Assembly: GCA_038207085.1 (NCBI GenBank)
Contig: JBBRAE010000003.1
Location: 32,001-96,000 of the forward strand
DNA from: Armatimonadota bacterium
Lineage (GTDB): Bacteria; Armatimonadota; UBA5829; DTLH01
DNA length: 64,000 nucleotides
Reading direction: 5' to 3'
Shown in pieces: positions 39,413 through 49,364 of this stretch. Position numbers and translations under genes: made by a program. How positions within the stretch are numbered: the first letter of the stretch is position 1; each line of letters begins with the position of its first letter. The notes under the pieces are model-generated. The model worked only from the letters and a program-made list of their open reading frames with translations. It was not told the DNA's origin and ran no database searches.

Positions 39413-40555
39413 TTAGAAATTGATTTTATGTCGGCGCATTCCAATGCCTACCAATAGGCCAAGCGCCATCATATTCGCAAGCAGATTGCTCCCGCCGTAG
39501 CTAAATAGCGGCAGAGGCACACCCGTAACCGGCATCACACCAAGCGTCATCCCGATGTTCTCCACAATGTGAAACAAGAACATCGCGACGACCCCGGCCG
39601 CCGTAAATCGCCCAATGCTGTCCTCGGTCTCGGACATAATCACGAGACCCTTCCAAACCAGTACAAAATATAATAGCAGAAGCAGGCCGGCTCCTACAAA
39701 TCCCAACTCTTCGCCGACGACGGTAAAGATGAAGTCCGTGTGCCTCTCGGGGATAAACCCGAGCTGTCCCTGCGTGCCGTGAAGGTAGCCGCGCCCCGTA
39801 GTTTGGCCCGAGCCTATCGCAATCCGGGACTGGATCACGTGGTAGCCGGTGTTTCGCGGGTCCACTTCGGGGTTGATGAACGACGCGAGACGCTTCTTCT
39901 GATACTCCTTGAAGACGGGGTGTACGTGCTTGCCGAATGTCTTTTCTATAAACGTCGGCCCGTGCCAGCCGACGACTCCCATCACGGCGACGATTCCTAT
40001 CAGAACGGCGAGGTGCTTTGCGCGCGCGCCTGCGACAAACACCATCCCAAACCAGATAGACATCAGCACCATCGATGTCCCAAGGTCGGGCTGGCCCATA
40101 ACGAGTATCAAAGTAGCCCCGACCCACATAAGCGACTTCAGAAACACAGGAAGCTCACCGATGTGGTCGCTGTTACGGGAAAGATAGACCGCAAGCGCCA
40201 TAATGACGGCGACCTTGGCAAACTCCGATGGCTGAACGCCGAACCCTCCGAACCCAAACCAGCTCTTCGCGCCGTTTCGCTCCTGTCCAACTGCGAGCAC
40301 CGCGACAAGGAGCAGAATATTGACACCGTAGACCCAACGGAGTATCCTCGGATAGCTCTTGTGGTCAAAAGAGACGGCGAGCGCAAAGGCAATCGCACCG
40401 CCGATGGCCCACATGAGCTGTCGGTGCACGAGCGACGTGCCAAGCGCCCCACCACGGCTTGCGCTATAAATCGTCGCAAGCCCGTATATAATGACGAGCA
40501 CCATCACGAGCACGAGGCCAATATCAAAGTTTTTCAGTAATCTACGTTCCACCAT
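39413..40555 (-). CDS. rodA: Rod shape-determining SEDS peptidoglycan polymerase
   Basis: GAKSW, QPSEFAK, QPDLGT, GYHVIQSRIAIGSG, PERHTDFIF, LPLFSYGGS. Confidence 0.93.
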   Translation of the reverse strand: MVERRLLKNFDIGLVLVMVLVIIYGLATIYSASRGGALGTSLVHRQLMWAIGGAIAFALAVSFDHKSYPRILRWVYGVNILLLVAVLAVGQERNGAKSWFGFGGFGVQPSEFAKVAVIMALAVYLSRNSDHIGELPVFLKSLMWVGATLILVMGQPDLGTSMVLMSIWFGMVFVAGARAKHLAVLIGIVAVMGVVGWHGPTFIEKTFGKHVHPVFKEYQKKRLASFINPEVDPRNTGYHVIQSRIAIGSGQTTGRGYLHGTQGQLGFIPERHTDFIFTVVGEELGFVGAGLLLLLYFVLVWKGLVIMSETEDSIGRFTAAGVVAMFLFHIVENIGMTLGVMPVTGVPLPLFSYGGSNLLANMMALGLLVGIGMRRHKINF

Positions 40556-40647
40556 TTATCCGTCTTCTATTATAATGTATACTGACTCATCAAGCGAAGT
40601 AATTTATTTCAGGAGCCAACAGAAACGGCACTTATGGAGTTTGTCTA

Positions 40648-41937
40648 TTGAGAAATACGATCATGTGGGTCTTATTGTTTACGCTCGCTGCGGCGGCTGC
40701 GTCGGCAAACACGATCACCACATCAACGCTCGACAACGGCCTAAGGGTCGTCACCTATGAAGATCACTCCACCGATCTTGTGGCGGTCGACCTCTGGGTC
40801 GGCGCGGGGACGGTGAACGAGACTGGCGCAAACAGCGGCGTATCACACTTCATCGAGCACCTGCTCTTCCGGTCGACCGACAAACGCGGGCCGGGACAGG
40901 TGGATATGGAGATCGAAAGCCTCGGGGCGCTCCTTGAGGCGCGAACGAGCCGTGACTGGGCACACTACTTCACCGTGGTATCGACCAGATACACGGATAA
41001 GGCGCTCGACGTCGTTTCTGACGTCGCCTCGCACCCGAAGTTTCGCATAGAGGACATCGAGCACGAACGCGCCGTTATCCTGGACGAGATCGCCCGAAGC
41101 GACAGCGACCCGTTTTCCGTGCTCTCAGACAAGCTGTTTGCGACGGCCTACACGGTTCACCCCTATCGGCTCCCGGTCGCCGGAACGCGCAAGAGCGTGA
41201 TGGATATGACCCGCGAGCAGATCGTCGACTACTACAACAGCCTCTACGTGCCTGAGAATATGACCCTCGTCCTCGCAGGCGACATAACACCCGCCGACTC
41301 GCTCGCCGCAGCGAAGAAGGCGTTCTCCGAGCTGAAAAAACGACCACTTACTCTGCCTCAGACTCCAAAAGAGCCGGAGCGGACCAAAGAGTCGCGCGAC
41401 ACAGTCAAACGAAACACCAAACAGACCTACGTCGGAGTAGCCTTCGTCGGGCCGTCGATCAAGGACAGGCCGGACGTTTTCGCGATGGACGTGCTGGTCG
41501 CGCATCTGGGCATCGGCTACCAAAGCTGGCTTTCGACCGAGCTCAAAGACACGAAGAAGCTCGCGAGCCAGGTGCAGGGGGAGTATTTGACGCAGCGGGA
41601 CTCGGCGCTGATCATCCTGGCAGCCGCGACCGAACCCACCAAAGCCAAAGCCGCCGAAGCTGAAATACTTGCCAAAATGCAGTCGCTTCGGACCACGGGG
41701 GTAAGCGAGGCCGAGCTTCAACGGGCCAAACGCTGGATCCTCGGGACCAACGCCTTCGATGTCGAAACGTTCGCGGGGCGCGCTACCAATATGGGGTTCT
41801 ACTGCATCATCGGCGCGGGCGATGTCGCCGCCGACTACGCCAAGTGCGTGCGCGAAGTAACCGCGCAAAACGTGCTCGACGCCGCAAAGAAGTATCTCGA
41901 TCCGGCAAAAGCCGTCGTAGTGGAGGTGGGGCCTTGA
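40648..41937 (+). CDS. M16 family zinc peptidase, catalytic subunit, with signal peptide
   Basis: LDNGLRV, HFIEH (HxxEH), ERAVILDE. Confidence 0.9.
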   Translation: MRNTIMWVLLFTLAAAAASANTITTSTLDNGLRVVTYEDHSTDLVAVDLWVGAGTVNETGANSGVSHFIEHLLFRSTDKRGPGQVDMEIESLGALLEARTSRDWAHYFTVVSTRYTDKALDVVSDVASHPKFRIEDIEHERAVILDEIARSDSDPFSVLSDKLFATAYTVHPYRLPVAGTRKSVMDMTREQIVDYYNSLYVPENMTLVLAGDITPADSLAAAKKAFSELKKRPLTLPQTPKEPERTKESRDTVKRNTKQTYVGVAFVGPSIKDRPDVFAMDVLVAHLGIGYQSWLSTELKDTKKLASQVQGEYLTQRDSALIILAAATEPTKAKAAEAEILAKMQSLRTTGVSEAELQRAKRWILGTNAFDVETFAGRATNMGFYCIIGAGDVAADYAKCVREVTAQNVLDAAKKYLDPAKAVVVEVGP

Positions 41938-43265
41938 GAAGATTCGTGTTTGCTATAATCGTTGTTCTTGCCGCAGCCTGCGCCTCGACCGCCGCGCCTT
42001 TCACCAGGACGGTGCTCCCAAACGGGCTCACGGTGATCGTAAAGCCTGAGCCGGGGGTTGGAATCGTCGCGATCGAGGCGTTTGTGCGGTCCGGGGCGGC
42101 GCAGGAGCGGGAATTCAACGCAGGCATCGGCAACCTGATCACAAGCACGCTCCTTGCAAGCACCCGAAACAAGCGCGCGGAGACTGTCGCGGGGGTAGTC
42201 GACAGCGTCGGCGGAAACTTCGTCACGGAGTGGAACCCGGACTTTACCGAGATCAAGGCGATCACCACGGAATCGGGGTTCGACGACGCGATGAGCCTGC
42301 TCGGCGACATCCTGAACAACGCGAACTTCGAGCAGAAATGGGTGGATCGTTCCCGTGAGGATATTCTCTCCAGCCTCGCAATCGGAAGCGACGACGTCTT
42401 CCAGACCACCTACGAGCTTTTGAAGCAGCGGCTGTACTCGGACAACCCTTACAAGCGTCCGTCGCTTGGCTACCCAAGAACGCTGCGCGCGCTTACGACC
42501 GACGATCTTGCGAAGTTCTACAGGCAGTACTATGCGCCGAACAACATCGTCGTTTCGGTCGCCGGGGATATCACCTCAGAGCGTGCCGTTGAACGGATCA
42601 AGCGGGCGTTTGCGGGGACCAGTGCGGTCGTTCTCCCCAAGCAGCGGCCGATCCCTGAGGAGACCATTGCGGCGTCTTCGAGCGAAGTAATCGAGCGGCC
42701 GATCAGCGCGGCGTATTTCATGTTCGGGTTCCTCGCGCCGGGGATGGAGTCGCCGGAGTATGCGGCTATGCAGGTCGCGGCGACTGCGCTTGGAAGCGGC
42801 AAGGGCTCGCGGATGTTCCAATCGCTCCGGGAGCAAAAAGGGCTTGCATACGAAGTCGGGGCGATGTATCCTAAGCTGAAAAACCAAAGCCACGTCGTCG
42901 CCTACCTCGTGACCGACCCATATCGCCGCCTAGGCAAGGGTTACAGCATGCAGATGCTCCTCTCCGAGGTCAAGAAGTCGACGCTTGAAGAGATCAACCG
43001 GATGCAAAACGAGCTATTGTCCCCCGAGGAGATTGAACGGGCGAAAAGATACAGCATCGGAACGGATTCTCTGAGGCGACAGCGGCTGCGCGACCGGGCA
43101 TACAACCTCGGCTGGCTGGAAACTATCGGGCTTGGATGCGACTATGATACGGCGTTCGCCACAAAGCTCGATGCCGTAACAGCCGCCGATGTGCGCAAGG
43201 TTAGCTGCAAATACTTTAACAACTATGCACTGGTGATCGTGCTACCGGAGGGGACCGGGGGATAG
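41934..43265 (+). CDS. M16 family peptidase, non-catalytic subunit, with signal peptide
   Basis: TTG overlaps the upstream TGA; LPNGLTV; HxxEH is replaced by NLITS; SRMFQSLREQKGLAY is retained. Confidence 0.88.
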   Translation: MRRFVFAIIVVLAAACASTAAPFTRTVLPNGLTVIVKPEPGVGIVAIEAFVRSGAAQEREFNAGIGNLITSTLLASTRNKRAETVAGVVDSVGGNFVTEWNPDFTEIKAITTESGFDDAMSLLGDILNNANFEQKWVDRSREDILSSLAIGSDDVFQTTYELLKQRLYSDNPYKRPSLGYPRTLRALTTDDLAKFYRQYYAPNNIVVSVAGDITSERAVERIKRAFAGTSAVVLPKQRPIPEETIAASSSEVIERPISAAYFMFGFLAPGMESPEYAAMQVAATALGSGKGSRMFQSLREQKGLAYEVGAMYPKLKNQSHVVAYLVTDPYRRLGKGYSMQMLLSEVKKSTLEEINRMQNELLSPEEIERAKRYSIGTDSLRRQRLRDRAYNLGWLETIGLGCDYDTAFATKLDAVTAADVRKVSCKYFNNYALVIVLPEGTGG

Positions 43266-43382
43266 CTGTTAGCCCGATCGAGTGGGAGATTACTCCCGCC
43301 CGGAAAAGAAGAATGAGGACTTAAGTCCGGGGAATGGGCATCAGCCGACTGAGCGGGAGCTAAGCTCCCTTGTTCTTCTGTT

Positions 43383-43567
43383 TCGCACGCGATGAATATC
43401 GCGTGCGATCATACGCGATCGACCAGATTTGGGAGATAGTGGTCCTGATCGTGACGTGTCTCCTGACGCGGCATGCATGTTTGAGGGGTCTCCAGACCCC
43501 GATCCATGCGCTGCGGGGTCAGAGACCCTGGGAATGTCTGCGCCGGTTCTGGAGAACCGGCGCGATC
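43383..43567. repeat. Cluster of short GATC-flanked palindromes
   Basis: Hairpins at 43383-43408, 43485-43500, 43515-43529 and 43540-43563. Confidence 0.6.
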
Positions 43568-43648
43568 AACATAATCGGGTGACGATTGGGAATTAGATTA
43601 ACATTTGAGATGAATATTATACATACATATACAAATGGGGTTAGGCGA

Positions 43649-45991
43649 ATGAGGACGTTGACTAGGATCGGGCTTGCGCTGCTGCTTTTGGCGGGACTTG
43701 CGCAGCAGGTGTCGGCGAAGGAACGGGTGGTCTTCTGGTATGGAGCGACCCAGCGGGAGCAGGACGCCTACAAGGCGCTGATTGTGGACTTCAACCGCGC
43801 GCATCCCGACATCGTAGTCGAAGGGATGCTCGTGCCGCAGAGCTATGTCGAGCGCAAGCTGATTCTCTCCGTCGCAGGCGGCGTTCCACCTGACGTTGTG
43901 CGGTTTTACGCGCACCTCGGAGGGGAGATGATGAGCCGCGGCGGACTTGAACCAATCGATGACCTCGCGCAGAGGGACAAGCTCGATATGTCTGACTTCT
44001 ACCCCGTCGGAATCGAGCAGAACACCTACAACGGCCACCTCTACGGAGTGCCGTGGATTCTTTCGCCTAACGCGCTCTTCTATAACAAGAAGCTCTTCAA
44101 AGAAGCCGGACTCGACCCCAGCAAGCCGCCGAAGACCTGGGCTGAGCTCCAAGACTACGCCATGCGACTCACCAGGCGCACACCGGATGGCAAGATCGAG
44201 CGCGTCGGGTTCGCGAACTTCCTGAACAACCCACCTGACTTTAATATGTACCTCTGGCAGCAGGGAGGCCAACCGCTCAGCGCCGACAAGAAGCGAATCG
44301 CCTTTGACAGCCCCGAGGGCGTCGCGGCGCTGACGTGGATGCGCGACTTTCTGATTCGCGAAGTCGGGCCGACTGGGGCCAAAGTCTCATCCGAGCAGGC
44401 CGCCGCGCAGGCTACTCAGAACATTCAGGTGTTCAACAGCAGCTATGTCGGGGCGACACAGGACGCGTTTGGGCTTGAGAAGGTCGCGATGCGGATCGAA
44501 AGCCCGTTTCGCATCCCTGATCTAGAAAAATACTTCCCGGATCTCGACTACGCGATCGCCCCTACCCCCTGGGACAGGGTCCGAGCCGTCGAGGTGGTCG
44601 GAAACGCGCTCGTGATCCCGCGCGGAAGCAAGCACCGTGAGGCGGCGTGGGAGTTCATCAAGTTTGCCTCAAGCCCGCAGCAGATGCTTCGGATTTGCTC
44701 GGCGGCGGGGCGGATTCCAGCCCGAAAGAGCGCCGCAACGAGCCCCGCGTTTTACAACAACAAGCTCGTAAGGCCGTTCGTCGACCAGATCGCCTTTGGC
44801 CGCACCACTCCCGTCGCACCCGGCTATCGCGAGGCAAGCGATCAGCTCGCACGGCAGATCGAGGCGGTCTTCAAGGGCAAAACGACACCCGAAGCTGGCC
44901 TTAGAATCGCCGCAACCAACGGTCAGAGCATACTGAACGTCGCAAACGAGGATGTGAACAAGCTCACACCTGTCCCCTGGACCGCGCTTGGCGTCGGAGC
45001 CGGACTACTGCTCCTGGGGCTGATCGGCGGCGGGACGTGGTACGTGCTGCGGCAGACCCGAGGGCACAAGACCGCGCGCAAGCAGGCGATTACGTTCTAC
45101 CTGTTTCTAAGCCCCTGGCTGATCGGGTTTATCGTGCTCACGTTCGGCTCGACGCTTGCCTCGCTTGTGTTCAGTTTCAGCCGGTGGGACGTCATCAACA
45201 CCGCACGGTTTGTGGGCCTGCGCAACTTCGGAGAGCTCTTCCTAAACGACCCGAGGTTCATCAAGGCGCTCGCCAACACGCTCTACTACGCCGCGTTCAG
45301 CATCCCACTCGCGATGATCGGGGGGCTTGCGATCTCGGTTCTGATGAACCAGAAGCTGCGCGGCATAACCGTGTTTCGCGCAGTCTACTACCTGCCGGTC
45401 GTAACTTCGGGAGTGGCGACGGCTATACTCTGGCAGTGGATATTCAACCCGAGCTCGGGGATATTCCCGAGGATTCTGACGGGGCTCGGTATCGACAAAC
45501 TGCCGACGCTTTGGGGCGGAGCGCCGATCCCACCGGGCTGGCTACTAGACCCCAACTGGTCCAAACCTGCCTTTATTATTATGGGTCTCTGGGGCGTCGG
45601 TGGGTCGATTATGATCTACCTCGCGGGCCTGAACGGCATCTCCGAGGAGCTTTACGAGGCCGCCAAGATCGACGGCTGCACGCCCTGGCAGAAGTTCAGG
45701 AATGTGACGCTGCCGCTCCTCACGCCGACTATATTCTACCAGCTCATCATCGGCACGATGGCCGCGTTCCAGTTCTTCACACCGGCCTACATCATGACCG
45801 GAGGCACCGGCGGGCCGGACGACTCGACGATGTTCTACTCGCTCTATCTGTTCAAGAACGCCTTTGAATGGATGAAAATGGGCTACGCTTCAGCGCTTGC
45901 CTGGATCCTCTTTGCGATAGTCCTCGTGGTGACGCTGGTGCAGTTCAAGGTCTCCGGCAAGTGGGTCTATTACGAAGGCAAGAACGACTAA
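43649..45991 (+). CDS. Fused sugar ABC solute-binding protein and MalF-type permease
   Basis: Signal peptide; LFYNKKLFKEAGLD...PPKTW; then FLSPWLIGF, FVGLRNF, ELYEAAKIDG (EAA loop), MGYASALAW. Confidence 0.9.
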   Translation: MRTLTRIGLALLLLAGLAQQVSAKERVVFWYGATQREQDAYKALIVDFNRAHPDIVVEGMLVPQSYVERKLILSVAGGVPPDVVRFYAHLGGEMMSRGGLEPIDDLAQRDKLDMSDFYPVGIEQNTYNGHLYGVPWILSPNALFYNKKLFKEAGLDPSKPPKTWAELQDYAMRLTRRTPDGKIERVGFANFLNNPPDFNMYLWQQGGQPLSADKKRIAFDSPEGVAALTWMRDFLIREVGPTGAKVSSEQAAAQATQNIQVFNSSYVGATQDAFGLEKVAMRIESPFRIPDLEKYFPDLDYAIAPTPWDRVRAVEVVGNALVIPRGSKHREAAWEFIKFASSPQQMLRICSAAGRIPARKSAATSPAFYNNKLVRPFVDQIAFGRTTPVAPGYREASDQLARQIEAVFKGKTTPEAGLRIAATNGQSILNVANEDVNKLTPVPWTALGVGAGLLLLGLIGGGTWYVLRQTRGHKTARKQAITFYLFLSPWLIGFIVLTFGSTLASLVFSFSRWDVINTARFVGLRNFGELFLNDPRFIKALANTLYYAAFSIPLAMIGGLAISVLMNQKLRGITVFRAVYYLPVVTSGVATAILWQWIFNPSSGIFPRILTGLGIDKLPTLWGGAPIPPGWLLDPNWSKPAFIIMGLWGVGGSIMIYLAGLNGISEELYEAAKIDGCTPWQKFRNVTLPLLTPTIFYQLIIGTMAAFQFFTPAYIMTGGTGGPDDSTMFYSLYLFKNAFEWMKMGYASALAWILFAIVLVVTLVQFKVSGKWVYYEGKND

Positions 45992-46005
45992 CCCCCGGTC
46001 AAGAA

Positions 46006-46048
46006 CTAACCCGCATTATTCACGAGGAGCGTGAATAATGCGGGTTAG
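46006..46048. repeat. Perfect 19-bp-stem palindrome (family D); related copy at 54555-54636; may act as a terminator
   Basis: CTAACCCGCATTATTCACG-aggag-CGTGAATAATGCGGGTTAG. Confidence 0.75.
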
Positions 46049-46139
46049 TGAGAGCTTGATTCGCTACGAAGCCGGCGGGTCGACTGATCCGCCGGCTTCT
46101 CGTGGTCGAACAACATGAGTGAGTCGGGTAGCTTGCGCT

Positions 46140-48644
46140 CTACTTCGAGGTCACAAATATCCCCAACTTTTTGGCGATATACTCAACATCCACCAAGAGT
46201 TTACAGCACGCCGGATTCTCCGGTGTCTGAGCGATGCCGCTGTCGGATCCTCCGGGGTAAGGGAGAATAGGCGAGGATGAGATGCAGGCGTCCGCCACAA
46301 CAAGCTCGAATTGCGAAAGCGTGTCTGCGGCCGCGGCTGTATCTTGCGCCACATAGTAATAGTAATTTGTATCCGACAGAAGCTGTTTTGCCTCTTTATA
46401 GAGCGCTTCGTTGGATATCAGCGGAACCTCGTCCAAACCAAACGGCATCGAATGAAATACATCGAGCAGCAGGCTGAGCGAGTTCAGATCAGCATCGACC
46501 GTCCACTTCCAGATGTCTGTATGGACCGTAGCTGGCCCTGTCCCATCGTCATAGTTTACAATGTCGTTGGGATTGGACCCTATGCGAACCTGACCCGTTC
46601 CATACAGAATGTTGAGTGTAAACGTCGTGCCGGGAGCCTCATACATCAGCGGCCACCACGTCCTGATGTTGTTGGTGCCCTGCTGAGTGACGGTCTTTGG
46701 CGCATACACCTCACTGCACTGGATGAATGAGGGAGTGGTCTTCCTCAGAACCACGTTCTTGACCGTCCATCCGCCCGGCCACTGGTCTCTAGCGGCCTTT
46801 ATGAAGTTGCTCCACTTGTTTCCACCGTAGATCGAGAACACGCCGCCGGTTGCTGTTGTCACGTCCGGTCCTATGCCATGGTAGCCCAGGAACGACCAGT
46901 TCCAGCCTCCCGAAGTAGCCGGCACGGCTTGAGTGATCACTCGTGGCACTATGTCTACGGACGATTCACCGGTCTCGGTCAGAACCACATTGTTAACGTG
47001 GGCGATCACCGTGACCTTGTTCCAAAGCGGGCTTGTATCGGTAAACAAGACGATACGGCCTATGGTGAAATCTACACACGCGCCGGATGGGATGACCGAG
47101 CTGCCGCCGTTTGCAGTGATAAAGGCGGCGTTAAGGTCGCCGAAATGTGTGTCGATTATGGAATCGACCGTCACCGGAGGCGTTCCGCAGTTGCACACGG
47201 TGAACTTATAGAGCACTGTATCACCGACTGAGGCCGTAGCGCGGTCGGCTACTTTCGCTACGCTAAGACAAGGACCTGGTGCGATGGCGATGTCCCAGTT
47301 GTCGGATGCAGTCACGGGGGTGCCGTTGTTGTGGGCGTTGACCGTAACGACGTTGCTGAGAGGATTCGGATCCGAGGCGAGCACCGTATGTGTCGCGGTA
47401 AACGACATGCACGTTCCGCCGGCCATGGTCGCCCCGCCGTTCGCGGTTGTGAACGCGGTGGTCAGGTTGCCCAGATTCGAGTCGATCACACTGTCCACCG
47501 TCAGTGTTGTCGTCCCGCAGTTGCAGATGGTGAAATTATAGGTCACCAGATCACCGACCGATGCCACAATACGGTCGGCAACCTTCACCATGCTCACACA
47601 AGTGGTTGGCGTGGTCGGAGTGATGTCCACGCTCGCCGTGGCAGTGTCCGACGTTGAACCCGTGGTGTCATGGACACTGACGATAGCTGTGTTTACGAGA
47701 GGATTAGCGTCGGCGACCGTCACCGTGTGGCTCACGGTGAACACCGTGCATAGCCCAACAGAAAGCGTCGATCCGCCGTTCGCTATGGTGAACGCCGTAG
47801 TCAGGTTGCCCAGATTCGAGTCGGTCACGCTGTCCACCGTGATCGGCGTCGATCCGCAGTTACAGATTGTGTACGTGTAGATGATCTCATCGTTGACGGC
47901 GGCTTGGGTGCGGTTTGGCTGCTTAGTGATGCTCACACAGGGGTGGCTCGGCACGCAGACACCGCTCACGACTGTTTCTGAATTGCTGATCGTGACCGCG
48001 CCGTTTCGTGCGAGCGCCCGGCCATTCAGGGTTCCGCCGTTAAGTGTAATGCTCGCAAGCGCCATGATATTGCCTACGAAGTTGTTGTTCGTTTGGATGG
48101 TCGCGGATGATCCGACCTGCCAGAACACATTGCACGGAGAAGCTCCGTTAATCAACATTACATTGGAATTTGTGCCGGTGATCAGGGTGCTGCCGATCTG
48201 GAAGACCCACTGCGCGTTCGGATCTCCTTGAGCGTCGAGCGTCAGAGTACCGGTCAATCCCGCTGAAGATGAGAAGAAGTAGACTCCCGGAACGAGCGTC
48301 ATTCCGCCCAGGTCTTGGCCAGTGAGATTGAAGTTGGGCGCAGCGCTCGCTGCGGCATTGTACGCGATGACCAGGTCGGACTGGGCTTGTGCCGTCGCGG
48401 CGCTGGGCGCGGTGTACAGTGTGCCGAGCACCACTCCGGGTGGAAATCCCGTTACGGCGGGTGTAGGGGAACTGCCGACATCCCCCTGGACAATCGTTCC
48501 CGCGGCGTTAGTCGGGTCATTGGTGATGCCGCTGCCGGCAAGCAGTCCGAAGGTGGTTGCTGTGCCAAGATTGATGGGAGCGGCGGGTGCGTTCACTGCG
48601 AACAACACCAGAACCAGTAGAAGAAGCCAATGTACTTTCAACAC
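46140..48644 (-). CDS. Secreted ice-binding-like (DUF3494) protein with three DUF11-like Ig repeats and an unrecognised C-terminal domain
   Basis: GTG 48644 or TTG 48641 follows AAGGAGG. FGLLAGSGITN, GDVGSSP, DLGGMTLVPGVY, LTLDAQGDPNAQWVFQIGSTL, NVFWQVGSSAT, GRALARNGAVT; three repeats of K.ADR..A.VGD...Y.F.ICNCG. Confidence 0.88.
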   Translation of the reverse strand: MLKVHWLLLLVLVLFAVNAPAAPINLGTATTFGLLAGSGITNDPTNAAGTIVQGDVGSSPTPAVTGFPPGVVLGTLYTAPSAATAQAQSDLVIAYNAAASAAPNFNLTGQDLGGMTLVPGVYFFSSSAGLTGTLTLDAQGDPNAQWVFQIGSTLITGTNSNVMLINGASPCNVFWQVGSSATIQTNNNFVGNIMALASITLNGGTLNGRALARNGAVTISNSETVVSGVCVPSHPCVSITKQPNRTQAAVNDEIIYTYTICNCGSTPITVDSVTDSNLGNLTTAFTIANGGSTLSVGLCTVFTVSHTVTVADANPLVNTAIVSVHDTTGSTSDTATASVDITPTTPTTCVSMVKVADRIVASVGDLVTYNFTICNCGTTTLTVDSVIDSNLGNLTTAFTTANGGATMAGGTCMSFTATHTVLASDPNPLSNVVTVNAHNNGTPVTASDNWDIAIAPGPCLSVAKVADRATASVGDTVLYKFTVCNCGTPPVTVDSIIDTHFGDLNAAFITANGGSSVIPSGACVDFTIGRIVLFTDTSPLWNKVTVIAHVNNVVLTETGESSVDIVPRVITQAVPATSGGWNWSFLGYHGIGPDVTTATGGVFSIYGGNKWSNFIKAARDQWPGGWTVKNVVLRKTTPSFIQCSEVYAPKTVTQQGTNNIRTWWPLMYEAPGTTFTLNILYGTGQVRIGSNPNDIVNYDDGTGPATVHTDIWKWTVDADLNSLSLLLDVFHSMPFGLDEVPLISNEALYKEAKQLLSDTNYYYYVAQDTAAAADTLSQFELVVADACISSSPILPYPGGSDSGIAQTPENPACCKLLVDVEYIAKKLGIFVTSK

Positions 48645-49364
48645 GATTCCTCCTTTTGCCCAGTTGGAGCTGGGCGAGTATGGTCGGTCTATGGACTTGT
48701 TACGCCATAGATCGCAGCAGAGTGGTTGCTTGTTCAGGCAACCCAAATCGTAATGTATCCAATTAGTGTCGCAGGGAAACATATTAATGTCATTAAACGG
48801 AAGAACTGGACTTAATTCAGCACAGGTTGTTCACCACGAAGCCACCACAGCAGCGTTGATCTATCGCGGAGATGACACGACGCCACCGTAGTCAGTGCCT
48901 GGCCTCCTCGCGACCGCAGTTGCTGATCTCGGAATTGGCACCCGTGTAACCTCGATGGCAGAGCGCACGACCTGCCCGATGTCACAAGTTTGTAGCCGCT
49001 AAACATCAGGCCGACAAGATGGGGGTGAGTTTGACCAAGGTGCTTCGCGTCCAGTCCGACAGCCTGCGCTCCCAGAAGAACATGCGGCAAAACAGATAAT
49101 GAAGGCGCTTTCAAGCGTGACTAAGTAGGAAGGCAGATAAGTCAGGCGTTACTACCTGGCCTGAACGTGGATGTTCCGTGGCAAAACATTAGTGACAGAT
49201 CAACAGGTGTTTGACCTACACCATGCTGGCCGGTGTAGTGGCCGGTGGCGACGCACGCTGAACTGTCGCCTTCTCCTTTCTACTCCCTCCCAGGCCCGGG
49301 CTGACTACCCGGGCCGCTTTATGTCTGGGGCAGTTGGGCCGGATTTGCAATCCGAGCCCATCAC

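Noticed and set aside
37582..39423. 613-aa + strand ORF, and similar long antisense ORFs such as 10975-12138, 28771-29778 and 22907-23782
   Set aside because: Shadows of well-supported genes on the opposite strand, common in GC-rich DNA
49211..49261. Short ORF (M)TYTMLAGVVAGGDAR before hairpins, resembling an attenuator leader
   Set aside because: No co-oriented downstream gene to regulate and no clear run of regulatory codons
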